A stretch of 64,000 bases of DNA, from the NCBI GenBank assembly GCA_043228905.1, contig JBHGNT010000011.1, positions 1,550,001-1,614,000 on the forward strand, given 5' to 3'. Position 1 is the first letter of the stretch. Every line of letters starts with the position of its first letter. Below, piece by piece: positions 14,444 through 27,325 of this stretch. The DNA is from Azolla caroliniana. Taxonomy: Eukaryota > Plantae > Polypodiophyta. The position numbers were made by a program, and so were the translations under genes. A model generated the notes under the pieces. It ran no database searches, had not been told where the DNA came from, and saw nothing but the letters and a program-made list of their open reading frames with translations.

Positions 14444-15803
14444 GTAATCTAATCTAAACTAATCTCCCCTCCCTGCCTCTTGCCTCTGTCTCTGCACAAT
14501 TTAACCCTGCTAATCTGCTCCTTTATTAGGCTTAATCACGTAATTAATCGGCCCTCCTCCCTCTTTCATTTCTTTGCCTTAATCGCCCCTCTTAATCCTA
14601 CGCCATTAACAGCTTAACTAATCGCTGCCCCTTCTTAATCGCGATCCTAATCAGTCAATGATCGGAAATGGGATTTGAATGATGCGGGGCTTGGCTACTC
14701 ATATCGAGGAGGGAATTAAATGAGTGAACGAATTTACATATTTTTCTGAGTGAGTAAAATTGGAGGCAAAAAATAAAATAAAACAGAACAAACATTTATT
14801 CAAATAATTTAACTATTTATTTCCTCGTTGATGGAATCGAGGATTAAATTAACATAAAAGCTGAGGAAGAATTAAATTGGGCGCTCTGCAGAAGAATTTC
14901 GTTTACCTCGAGCAGAGCAGCAATCCCCCCCGCCCTTTACTCCGCCCTTAATCCAGATATTAATCCGATAAATTAATTACTATTGCCCCCCCCCTCTAAT
15001 CAGCTTTGGTGGTGATTCGCAGCGATAAAATGATAGGACGCGTGATTAGGAGCGCCTAAGGTCGGTGATTAGGGGCGCTAATGACGGTGGTGGTGATTAG
15101 TGTAGCTAATTGAGTGGAGTTGCCTGTGCTAATTGGGAGGGGTGGTGGCCTGTGTGTGCTAATGATAGCGATGGCAGTGATGATTATTGCTCAATGATGG
15201 CCATCCATAGCGCTCGCTAATGACATTGATGATTAGCGCTAATGCCAAACTGCTTGAGCCAGTAATTTATCGAGTAATGGTTAGTCCTAATGTAAGTAAG
15301 TTAGTAGTGATTAGTACTTATGTTGACAGCAATGATCAGTTCTAAAGGTTGTAGTAATTAGCAACGATTCGTGCTCATTAAAGTCCTTGTAGGGCCACTA
15401 ATCATCATTGCCAAGGATAGAATCATCGGGTGCTAATGGCAGTAATTAGAAGTGCCGATGACAGTAATCATCGCCTCTAATGGCAGTAAATATCGCCTCT
15501 AATGGCAGTAATAATCATCTCTAATGGCAGCAGTGGTCGGTTCTAAGAAGAGTCATTAACAGCGTCTGCGTCGATGATTAGAAGCGTTAATCATAGTAAT
15601 TAGCAAGTGGCGCGATTCAGCCCGTTTCGAAAAGGTCATAATAACTAGGGTGCTAATCCGGGCGAGGTTTGTGCCTGTAATGGAGGCGATTAAGCAGGCA
15701 TCAGTACTAATCATCATCATAATTACGAGAATATTGTATTATTGGAATTATATATATATATGTGTGTGTGTGTGATTAATTAACAAAGGATTAGCAGGTG
15801 CAG
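14444..15803 (+). other. Putative 5'-UTR intron of the PDR gene, dense in TAATC/GATTA/CTAAT motifs
   Basis: Donor GAG|GTAATC at 14444; candidate acceptors TTAGCAG (15797) or GTGCAG (15803) just before the ATG at 15821. The motif density is directly visible. Confidence 0.4.
15432..15530. repeat. About 22-bp minisatellite, (TCGCCT)CTAATGGCAG(TAA) x3-4
   Basis: CTAATGGCAG occurs near 15433, 15477, 15499 and 15521. Confidence 0.8.
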
Positions 15804-15820
15804 GATTAAGGAGGCGACTG

Positions 15821-18800
15821 ATGGGGGAGGAGGAGAGCTATGGCGAGGCACGTGTGGAGATGAGCACGGACACGCACCGCCGGCCCGGGGGCGGCCGAGA
15901 AGAGGAGGAGGAGGAAGAAGAAGAAGACGAGAACGAGATTCTCCTCTACAAAATCCGAAGCAGAATCGACAGGCAAATTACATAAAACTAACTCATTAAT
16001 CACCCTAAAACCAGCTGCTTAGCGAGCTTAATCACTGACCACACACCCACATGAGCTATGAATAAATTATACACCCACATTTCTTGAATCCCTATGCTAT
16101 GTTTTTATCCGGAAGTTTCCGGAATTCGGGGCGAAAGAAGCTAATGGCACACCCACATGAGCTATGTAAGAAATTTACACCCACATTTCTTGAATAATCC
16201 CTATTATATTTTTATTGGGGAAGTTTCTGGAATTCGGGGCGGAAGGAGTTACTCTGGTTGAATTGATGAAAAAAGATGGAGAGGTTCTAAGACCTAATTC
16301 CTCACAATGTGGTGGGTGTTCTGTGTCTATAGTTTCTGAAATCTGAGCCGGTGTGGGTCGCTCACAATGGGCGGCCGCCCCGCCCGAATATGGGTGGGGG
16401 TATTCCGGTAAATGTTTGAAAGTCTGAGGGGCATCATTGCAAATTATTCGAAATATGCCCCCACTACTGAAGCTATCCATCATCATCATCATCATCATAA
16501 TCATCATCATAATCTTTGAATCATTACTGGCAATTTTCGATCGATCAATCGACCGCATTTTGCATTCCACTGAGATCGATTTCCTTTTGCTTTCCGCAGA
16601 GTGGGCGTGCGGTTGCCGACTGTCGAAGTCCGTTTCCAGAACCTGTGTGTGAACGCCGACTGTTATGTCGGGGATAGAGCCATGCCGACCCTTTGGAATG
16701 CTATCCGGAACTCGGTGGAGGCAATGCTGGATCTCATCGGACTCTCGCCCAGCGAGAAGATAAAGCTCTGCATTTTGAAGAGCATCAGCGGGATTGTCCG
16801 ACCATCTCGGTACCCTTTCATGACCTAAAATCTATGGCAATGAAAAAACTCTCTCTCTCTCTCTCTCTCTGTGTTTTTGTACATCAATTGATTTCCAGCT
16901 CCTTCTGTTTGTGTTTAGAACCACGCTTCTTCTCGGCCCCCCGGGTTCGGGAAAGACGACCATGCTAATGGCCCTCGCCGGACAGCTCGACTCGAGCTTA
17001 GAGGTCTCTTCAAATTTGGGCTGCTTTGAGTTCCTTTGATGGATTGGACACATTGCATATGTATGTATTTCATCCTTCTTTCCTCTTCAATGTCCATTTA
17101 ACTAGATTGTGTTCCTTCAGGTGAAGGGAGACATAACATACAATGGATATCGGCTCGACGAGTTCGTGCCGCAAAAGACCTCTTCATATATAAGCCAATC
17201 AGATTTGCATCTCGGCGAATTGACGGTGAGAGAGACTCTCGATTTCTCGTCCAGATGCCAAGGCATTGGCTCCAAATATGGTATCCCTTCTCTTCCTATT
17301 CCCCCAGTGTGTGCTTCTTATAATAATAATAGCAGTAGTAGTAGTAAAAGACATAGTGAATTTAGATCACGTTTTCAGCTCGTAAAGTGTCATTCGATCG
17401 ATCGGCGTTTCCATCGCAGATTTGTTACGAGAAGTTTGTCGAAGAGAGAAAGAGCTAGGCATTCTTCCCGATCCCGATCTCGATGCCTTTATGAAGGTAT
17501 TAACACGCGAGATGTTTGGATTCACAAACAAGGGGGGAGGTGGGTTAGTTTGCCACACAAAAATTTCCTCGGATAGCAATTTTCTAATGGCTCTTTGGAG
17601 GATGATTCAAGGGCATAAATGGGGGGCACGGGGGCATTCGGGGAATTACGAGAGAAACTTGGGAGGGTATTTCGGGAGCTCGTTTTTCCTCTTGTTTTGA
17701 TACAATACTTGGCAATGGATATGTAAACCCAACATCAGTTTGCTTGACCAAGTTGTGACTCTACGTGTGTAATTCAGGCCACTGCGGTTGCTGGGGCAAA
17801 ACGGGGCATCCAGACCGATTACATCTCAAAGGTTCGATCTTAACAAAGATGAAAAGAAAGAAATGTGCACTAAACCATTAAGGATTTCGGGATACTCTAT
17901 GCATATGAGTAGGCATTTGTATGTTAAATAATTTGCACTTGATGATGCAGTTGCTTGGACTTGAAACTTGTGCTGATACCATCGTCGGGGACAACATGAT
18001 AAGAGGAGTCTCGGGGGGCCAAAAGAAACGTGTCACGACAGGTATAAATATACAGTATGTTTTTCTGTTCCTTGGCTATATGTATATCGTACCGAGGAAA
18101 TGTGCATGCTGCCATGAATGTAAGTAAGATCACACATTCAACCAGACTCACATACTTGTAACCAATGCACACCACCAATCACCCTGAGATGATGACCTTG
18201 TTTCTTGTGTCTCAACTAGGCGAAATGATCGTTGGTCCCACCCGGACATTATTCATGGACGAGATTTCATCTGGTCTCGACAGCTCTACCACGTACCAGA
18301 TCATCAAAAGCTTAAGCCAGTTTGCTCACCATCTGGATTACACAATTTTGATCTCTCTTCTTCAGCCAGCCCCTGAAACGTATGATTTGTTCGATGATAT
18401 TATACTCCTCTCAGAAGGGTACATTGTTTACCAAGGTCCTCGAGAACATGTCCTCGACTTCTTCAAAGCATGTGGCTTCAAATGCCCTGATCGAAAAGGG
18501 ACCGCGGACTTCTTGCAGGAGGTGGTTTATTATGCAAAAGAAGCCTCAATATAATTATAGAACAATTTCTTAGAAAATCATGTACTTCTTTTTGTAGGTT
18601 ACCTCTCAAAAAGATCAGAGACAGTATTGGTTTAACCAACAGAAGTGCTACCAATACATCTCCCCCAAGGAATTCGCAAAGCGTTTCGAGCAACATCATG
18701 TGGGTAAAAGCAATAAACTTTATATGTCAATACCATTCGAGAAATCAGAAGGTCATGCTGCAGCATTGTCATTTACCAAGCATACCGTTAGCAATATGGA

Positions 18801-21800
18801 AATGCTCAAAACTTGCTTTGCGAGAGAAGTTCTTCTTATAAGGCGGAATTCATTTGTATTCATATTCCGAACTACACAGGTGCCTGAACTGCTTTTTTAT
18901 TCATACATTGTATGTGCGAGTTGTGCTTGAACTAATATATAGACATGTTGGCTTTTATAGATTGTAATTATGGCATTCATTGCAATGACCGTGTTTTTTC
19001 GCTCACGAATGCATCGGAAAGAAGAGACAGATGGAGAGCACTATCTTGGTGCACTCTTTTTTGGATTGATCATAAATATGTTCAACGGATACCCAGAAAT
19101 TGCCTTTATATTGTTTCGCCTTCCAGTGTTCTTCAAACAAAGGTCTTTATATTTTTACCCAGCATGGGCTTTTGCTCTACCGACATTTTTGACACGGCTT
19201 CCAATGTCTATATTAGAATCTGGCGTGTGGGTTTTAATGACATATTACACCATGGGTTTTGCTCCTGAAGCAAGCAGGTAATTGTATGTGTGTGAACGAA
19301 GTTAGTTTCTCTTCAAAAATATGGTTGAATTTGCTGTTATGACAATCAATGTTAATGACATTACTCACTGGGTTCTGTTTTCGATGCCATATTTTGTGCA
19401 GATTTTTTAAGCAATTTCTTCTTCTTTTCTCCCTACATCAAATGTCAACATCTTTGTTTAGACTTATCGGAGGGGTGTGCCGAACCATGGTTGTATCAGG
19501 AACTGGGGGTTCAATAAGCCTTTTCATGATATTCTTACTGGGAGGATATGTTGTACCTAAAGGTTTGTATCTTACAAATTCCCTGTTTTTACTCATTGGT
19601 TGTTATCGACTCATGGTACCGTTCGCACCACAATCTATCAACAATCCCAATATGCTCAAGTTACCTGCATCTTATGTAGTTTTCTTGTCTTACAGATAGA
19701 CTTCCAACATGGTGGTCATGGGGATATTGGTTATCGCCTCTTACATATGCACAAAATGCTGTTAGTGTCAACGAATTGCTTGCGCCTGAATGGAATCATG
19801 TAAGTTTCTGTCTCTCTCGATAAATACCAGGGTGATATCATCCAAATGCTTTCATTGCTTGAAAACCTAGAACCATCATAAAATTGGAGATGCAAGTTCT
19901 AGAACACATGTTTCTTTCATACTGTCAAAATTTGTCTCAATAAGGAGGCATCACTCGGAATAGGATGGTGGTATAAAAGATTTATCATTCAAGTTGCTCC
20001 ATAAACAATAGATCATACCTTCAAACTGCCTGCATTCTATGAGATGTATATGCAAGATAAAGAGTGAAGCAAATATCAGAGAACAGCTGCATAAACTGCA
20101 GCACAGTGTGTTTGATTCTTGATCTAAAAGCTAAATCAAAATGTACATATTTCAAATAAAACATCACTAGAACTATTGGCATGAGACTACAAGTACAAAT
20201 TTTCTGATTCTGTATATGACTACTGTAGAATTGTTCATCAGGCCATTAGGTTTGGTTATCGACAGTCTAGATAGTCTCGTTTGGACTAACTCACTATGTC
20301 GAGAACTTAAAGGGAACTGTTGAATACTTTACAAGTTCGGCGTTCTACTCTCATCTTTTGCCTTACTTCAGAACTGGATTAACCAAGCTTTTGTTCCAGA
20401 ATTTGTTTTACATGTATTGATCAATGCATTCATGAATTGAGCATGAGGTTTGTGAGTTGAATATAAGACTCTACAACAAAATAGGGCACTGAAAAAAAGT
20501 GTCGGAAAATCATGATATCCCAACAAATATTTTACTCACTTTTTGTCTTACTTGAGAACTGCATTAACGAAGTTTTTTTCCGAATAAACAATAGGTGTTG
20601 GTCAATAATAATACAGCGCTCGGTGTAAAAGTGTTGAGAAATCACGATATCCCAACTGAAGACTATTGGTATTGGCTTGGCACTGGAGTGCTACTGGGAA
20701 TGGCAATTTTGTTCAATCTTCTTTTCACTGTGGTGCTTGCATACGTAAAAGGTATGTTGTTTCCCTGGCTGAAATTACCAGCAAAGTTTTGTTTGCTATG
20801 TAAATTTTTTTCGTCTAAACTGATTGCAACAAACACTTAATAGCACCTGGAAGGACACAAGCGGTAATTTCAAAAGACACGCTAAATGAGATCAGAAATC
20901 AGGAAAGGAATGAACAAAATGATTTTACCCTTCATGACAAAGACAATATTGGTATACCTCATAGCCCTCTCTCTACACAATCTTATGAACACTGCTCTTA
21001 TTGGTGCTCTTCAATTGGAATTTCCATAGTCTTTGCTGACATAATATTTATGCTATGTTCCAGAAAGGTACCCGGCCAATGAGCATATTGCATATACATC
21101 TTTTACAAAAATTGGTGCGGAAACAACAATAAAAATCCAACAGAGGAAAGGGATGATCTTGCCTTTTCAGCCATTGACAATATCCTTTTCAGATATCTAC
21201 TACTCTGTTGATATGCCTCGGGTATATTTATTAGGACCAATACATCAAGTTAACAAAGGTCATGTATGATCAAGGATCATTGGTTATAACACATCTTTGA
21301 CAAATACAGGAGCTCCGAGAACAAGGCGTGATGGACATTAGGCTTCCACTTCTCCAAGGCATTACAGGAGCATTCAGACCTGGTGTTCTCACAGCATTGA
21401 TGGGTATAAGTGGTGCTGGGAAAACCACCCTTATGGATGTGCTCTCTGGCCGAAAAACAGGTGGTTATATTGAGGGGAGTATAAACATTTCAGGGTTCCC
21501 GAAACGACAGGAAACATTTGCCAGAATTTCTGGCTATTGTGAACAAAATGACATTCATTCTCCACAAGTTACGGTTTATGAATCACTTCTGTTCTCTGCT
21601 TGGCTGCGTCTCTCACCTGATATCAATGCAGGCTCCAAAAAGGTATGAATTACCTTATTTATTCTCACAACTTGTGGAGAGAAATTGCTCCACAGAATTA
21701 GACTAGATATAAAACCAAAAGTTTCGAGTCATACGTTGGTCTTAAAATTTTCAGGCATTTGTCAATGAGGTCATGGAGCTAGTTGAGCTAGACACATTAA

Positions 21801-24476
21801 GGGACACAGTTGTGGGAATACCAGGATTGACTGGCCTATCAACAGAGCAACGAAAACGTCTCACCATAGCTGTGGAGCTGGTCGCAAATCCTTCTATAAT
21901 CTTTATGGATGAACCAACATCTGGCCTTGATGCACGAGCCGCGGCAATCGTCATGCGAACTGTAAGAAATACAGTTGATACCGGAAGAACAGTGGTTTGT
22001 ACCATTCATCAACCTGGAATTGATATCTTTGAAGCTTTTGATGAGGTTTGGCCAAACCCATGTTTTGAACTCGAATCAGATTTGATCTGATTCTATGACT
22101 TTGATTGTATTCCCTCATAAATCTGACACTATTTTTTGTGTGGGTCCCAGCTGTTGCTATTGAAAAGGGGAGGGCAAGTTATCTATGCAGGGCCTCTGGG
22201 TAATCAATCATCCCATGTGATAGAGTACTTTCAGGTACATTTTCGTTTATAAAGCCTATAAAGAACAGAATCTTCTGGTAGCATAGAAGTTGACATGTTC
22301 TGTGTAGGCCATTCCTGGAGTGCCAAAGATCAAACAAGGTTATAATCCTGCTACATGGATGCTAGAGGCCACATGTGCATCAGTCGAATCACAACTCAAA
22401 ATAGATTTTGCTCACGTATATCAAAACTCAGATCTCTATAGGTATATATCATAAATAATGACTGCCTCTGGTTATAGAACCCACTTTGACGTATTGTTTG
22501 TACTACTTTCAACAGGCAAAACAAGCTACTTGTCAAGGAATTGAGCCAGGCGGACCCAGATGCACATGATATCACATTTGACACACTATATTCTCTCTCT
22601 TCTTTCGATCAGATAAAATGTTGTCTTTGGAAACAGAACTTGACATACTGGCGTAGCCCAGACTACAATTGCACTCGGTTTCTTTTCTCACTTATATGCG
22701 CCTTGCTGTTTGGCACGATATTCTGGAATGTGGGTGAGAAACAGTAAGTTCTCTATCCCAGGATATCAAAACCATTCATTAGGTTGGCCATTTTCAAATA
22801 TTGTATTTTTATTTTTTACATTCACAGGAACACTGAGGGGGGTCTCTTGAATGTAATGGGAGCCATGTATGGTGCAGTCATGTTTGTTGGCATAAGCAAC
22901 TGTTCAACTGTACAGCCAGTAGTGGCAGTTGAAAGGACAGTTTTCTACCGGGAGCGAGCAGCCGGAATGTATTCTGCCCTCCCATATGCATTTGCTCATG
23001 TAAGATAAGTTTTTGATACTAGAAACAAGTATGATTTTGCATTGCATCTTTTTGCATGAAACTGCTGAGATTTGGCATTCTACTTCATTGCACAGAAGTC
23101 CTGATAATTGTACATTGCCAGGTGGTTATCGAGATTCCTTTCATATTTCTACAAACGCTTCTTTATGCTGTGATTGTATACTCTATGATGAACTTGCCTT
23201 GGGTAGCTTCAAAGTTCTTTTGGTTTTTCTTCATGATGTACTTCACATTCCTTTACTTCACTTACTATGGTATGATGGCTGTATCAATCACACCTAACAT
23301 TGAAGTGGCGGCAATTGTGGCTTCTACCTTTTATTCTCTTTTCAATCTATTCTCGGGATTTTACATACCAAAACCAGTAAGTGAATCAATCCATCACTCT
23401 CTCTTTAAGTGTTGTATTTATTAAAAAATAGATCTGTTGCATAATATATGAATATAACCTACAAGAAGCATATGTATTTAAGTCTACACCAATAAATGAG
23501 GATTATGTATTGATCAAAGCATATGTATGTATCCAACCCAACGCATCTGGAATCTCACCCAACTAACCATAGCTCTGATGATAGCATCAACCCATGTTTA
23601 ATCACTTTTTCAGATCACTACCATAGCTTTGATTATAGCATCGCTCCATTTTGATTAAGCAAGCATATCTTGAGTAGCATCTTTCCAATTTGATCAATTC
23701 CTCACCTGGCAACTGTAGCTTCAATTACATAATCATTAATCCATGCTAGTCAATTTATCACTGGACAAGCATGACTTTTGTAGCATGAAACCTTAAACCA
23801 CGGCTTTGGTTAGCAACCATATATTTAATTACAGCTTTATCATTGGACAACTACAAATTGAGTAGCATTACTCAAATTTGATCAATTTCTCGCGTGACAA
23901 CTTTATCTCTGATTATAGCATTATCAATCCACGGTGTTAGTCAATTTACTGTTGGATAACCATGACTTGGTCAGTTTCAATCATTTCTTTGAGTAGTATC
24001 AATCCATTTTGATCAACTTTTTAATTGAAAATTCACAACCATATCTTTTGAGTAAAGCATCATTCCATTTTGATAAATTTGTGACTTTTAAAGAGGTCAA
24101 CTGTATAGATAGATAATGTTTCACTTATAAAAACATTGCGATTCATTAATTGATCAACATTGTAATTCAATGAGCTAACTAACTCACATAATACTTTACT
24201 GCGCAGATGATACCTGGATGGTGGATATGGTACTATTGGATATGTCCGGTGGCATGGACAGTGTATGGAATCATAACTGCCCAATATGGAGATGTCAATG
24301 ATAAGATAAATCTCATGAATGGGAACACGACCACTGTCAGATTGTATGTGGAGGAACGCCTAGGATATGACCATGACTTTCTGGGTGTAGTGGCCACAGT
24401 ATTGGTGGCTTTCTCTCTCTTCTTTGCTCTGATGTATGCATTCTGCATCAAATACTTAAACTTCCAACACAGATGA
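15821..24476 (+). CDS. PDR: Full-size ABCG (pleiotropic drug resistance, PDR) transporter, NBD-TMD-NBD-TMD, 23 coding exons, about 1394 aa
   Basis: Hand-spliced exons: 15821-15972, 16600-16809, 16919-17003, 17121-17280, 17420-17496, 17778-17831, 17951-18041, 18220-18521, 18598-18879, 18961-19277, 19402-19562, 19696-19799, 20595-20751, 20844-20951, 21064-21221, 21310-21642, 21755-22045, 22151-22234, 22308-22441, 22516-22743, 22828-22999, 23122-23376, 24207-24476 (4185 nt, phases consistent, no stops seen). Motifs: [16 protein letters not shown]; Walker [13 protein letters not shown]; [10 protein letters not shown]; [15 protein letters not shown]; GMILPFQPL; GISGAGKTT; [20 protein letters not shown]; [18 protein letters not shown]; C-terminal LNFQHR. 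Start codon and exon 1 are less certain than the rest. Confidence 0.96.
16041..16258. repeat. About 106-bp tandem duplication in the first coding intron
   Basis: CACACCCACATGAGCTATG...ACACCCACATTTCTTGAAT...GGAATTCGGGGCG x2. Confidence 0.85.
23560..24085. repeat. Degenerate minisatellite filling the last PDR intron
   Basis: Recurring TTGA(G/T)(T)A(T)AGCATC..TCCA(T/A)TTTGATCAAT-like units near 23577, 23630, 23670, 23858, 23910, 23989 and 24048. Confidence 0.7.
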
Positions 24477-25699
24477 TGATGAAAACAAAAAATGGATGCA
24501 GAATTGAGAAGGAGAAAGAAAATCAATGAGATAAATACATCGAATCGCCCATCACAGATGAAGGAAGCTGAAAATTTTACTCAGAGGAAAGCGGTTGAGG
24601 GGATCAAAAAGATAATAGAGGGAGGGTATATATATATATATTCGAAGATTGGATCAGATAAAATGGATGAAAAGAAAGAATGGAGATTTTTACCTGATGT
24701 TGGCTCCTCAAACAAAATCGCCCACGAAACAGAGAAAAAAAAAACAGAGAGAAGGGGGGGGGGGTACTTATTTCGTTAGTGTTCACACTCTGCCCAAATG
24801 TCCGGACAAAAGTTGTATAGACACATCCAATATGTATATATCCTTTTCACACCTATCCAATTGGCCACTCCCACTTGTCCACACTAGTCCATTTGGCCCC
24901 CAATCAATGTCCAATACCCCATTCTTGTCAAAACTTTCTATTAACCCAAAAAATTTTGTTCCTTTTTTAACATCCCCCCCCCCCCCATCACAGACAACCC
25001 AAAAAATATATATTGCTAATTATTTCTCATTCTGGTAGTCCTTTTCTTGTGTTTCCTCATGCTATCGTTGCGCCAAGGCTTGCTCTCTTCTCTTCTGTGT
25101 GTATCATTTCGGCTTCTATGGAATGTGTCCCACGAAGGAACATATTTTGTATGTTGATTACCATTTTCCTCTTCTCTTCGACACTTTTTGTTGCCTTGGA
25201 TTTGCACCCAACCCATCAACCTTCGCATTCGATGACATTGTTCGGAAAAGTCACCCCCTCTAGTAGTTCCTCGTAGGGATTATTTGTCAATTTTGTTGTC
25301 GTTGATGTGGCATGCCATTCATGTGTGTGTGGCAATTGTCAGGCCTATCGTTTGCACCTCAACTATAGTACATCAACCTTTGTAAACCATAGCAAGGCTT
25401 GTCATATGTTTGGACTTGGAGTTTTTATTTGCTTTTTGTAGGTTGAATATTAGATGTTTTACCCTTGCAACTTTAGTTATAAAGTTGGCTCTAGTAATGC
25501 TTGCATTTATGCAAAACTTGGAGGTGTTAGATTGCCAAAACGGCTAATCCCCAAAAAGGTGTTAGATTTATCTCTCCCCTCTCTCTTTTACTTCTCATTC
25601 ATTCATTCTTTGAGTGTAGTATTGGAATGTTTACAAAAACATTCACTATGATTGACCATTGTAGTAGTGTTATGGATAAGGTGACAAAAATAACGTGTC

Positions 25700-27000
25700 G
25701 ATAATGCCTCAAATATTATTTACACTCCCTAGATATGTCAATAAACTTTTCTCCCTCTTTTACCATAAGCTTATCGAGCCATGGCTTGACATCAAACACG
25801 CTGTCTTTTCTCTATGATGACATTGATAGGGGCATTTAACCAACCAACGTCATGCTCCTGAATGCTTTCAAATGAACTTGTACCTCTTTATATGGAATGG
25901 GCAACATCCTATCAATTTCTTGAATTTAGGTGGACCAATGGTGGTGGCGAAAGTATAAGATTTTGTTTGTTAGTGGTTAGTTCAAATCCAAGTAGAAATA
26001 TTCTTACCTAGCAATACCCCTTTAGAAGCCTAAGTTATTGTCCCAATTTCCATAGTGAATTAAATCTTTTCATGATAATTCCATAATGTTTCAATCCACT
26101 TGTTGTGAAACTAGTCTTTATGACGTTGCTATCGAAGCGGACTTAGAAAATACGTAAATGGATGAGGTGTGCATATAATCCTTTGAACATCAAAGAAAGT
26201 AATATTCAATGAGATCCCATTTTTTGGGACCACATTGGTGTGTCTCATATTAGCTAGAAGTTGATAACAACGTAGTGTAGTGATACAATTTGAACAATAT
26301 TGGGTTCTTTTGCCGTATATTGTAATTGTTTCCTAATATTTGACCCTATGATATAATATGTATTAACGTTGAACTATCATATCATGCATATTATCTTTGT
26401 CCACGCTGCCGATAAATGTCACTCTTTAATGTATTCATACTACAATGTACATCTATATGCATGTAACTTGCATTGAAGGTGAACTTTTTCCACCAAAATT
26501 TAATTATGCTCTCTCTCTTTTGATGTATTCTAACTATGATGTACCTTCAGCTTCCATGTATACAACATATTGTTAAAAATATGTTTGAAAACCAATGTAT
26601 CTAATGTCGTGGTCTTTCTATTCATTTTTCTAACGTCGTGTCCACCAACATATTTTCTCCCATAATATGAAGTGACATATAGTACCTACATGAAATACTA
26701 TTTTCTGCATGACTTTCATCGATGCCGGTATAGTTGTTGTGTACCCTCATGTTATTCCCAATATAGCAAAAATCAATAAACAATAGCGACATTCATAGAA
26801 TGACAGAGAAAAATGTGTCATGTTTATGATTGTATTTGTTGATATATATTCTCATTTTCCTTTTTATGTTAAATGAATTACAAACTTGTTCATGACGTTG
26901 TTCGTAAAAAGCCTTGGTTTGTGGAAGTTGCACATGACATCCAATAGTTGAAGATAAAATGCCATTCAAGAGGGTAAAATTGTGGGAGAAGTACACCTAG
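25700..27000 (-). mobile_element. Highly decayed hAT-like DNA transposase relic
   Basis: Minus-strand fragments resemble hAT/DUF659 motifs: PNIVQIV near 26290 (cf. NVVQVITDN), TRFAT-like near 26110, RVFD..PAM-like near 25790, a GWT-like site near 26400 and a possible BED-finger W.C..C near 26930. No open frame, so this is by-eye only. Confidence 0.45.
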
Positions 27001-27158
27001 CAACATGATTACAAATGAATGTGATATTGACATATCTATATGTTGAGTTGATATGATACATACATTTTTGAAAAGGCTGTTGATCTCTAGAAAGTGTTTG
27101 CCAATGGAAACCTAAGGGATGATTTCCCTTGTCTTGGGTATGTACAAGCAATACTCAT

Positions 27159-27325
27159 ATTTTAGAAACCGTCGTTAGCACATGGCACATCACACAACAG
27201 ACTCCTTTGCTATTTCTAGGCATCCAAAAACTTTTCATCTCTGAACTCCTATTTTAGAAACTCTTGCTAGCACATGGCACATCACACAAGAGATCCCCTT
27301 GATGTTTCTTGGTGTTCAGAAACTT
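27159..27325. repeat. About 91-bp tandem duplication
   Basis: TATTTTAGAAAC...TAGCACATGGCACATCACACAA occurs at about 27160 and 27250. Confidence 0.8.

Noticed and set aside
24492-25276. ORFs immediately after the PDR stop
   Set aside because: Low-complexity 3'-UTR or intergenic sequence without domains.
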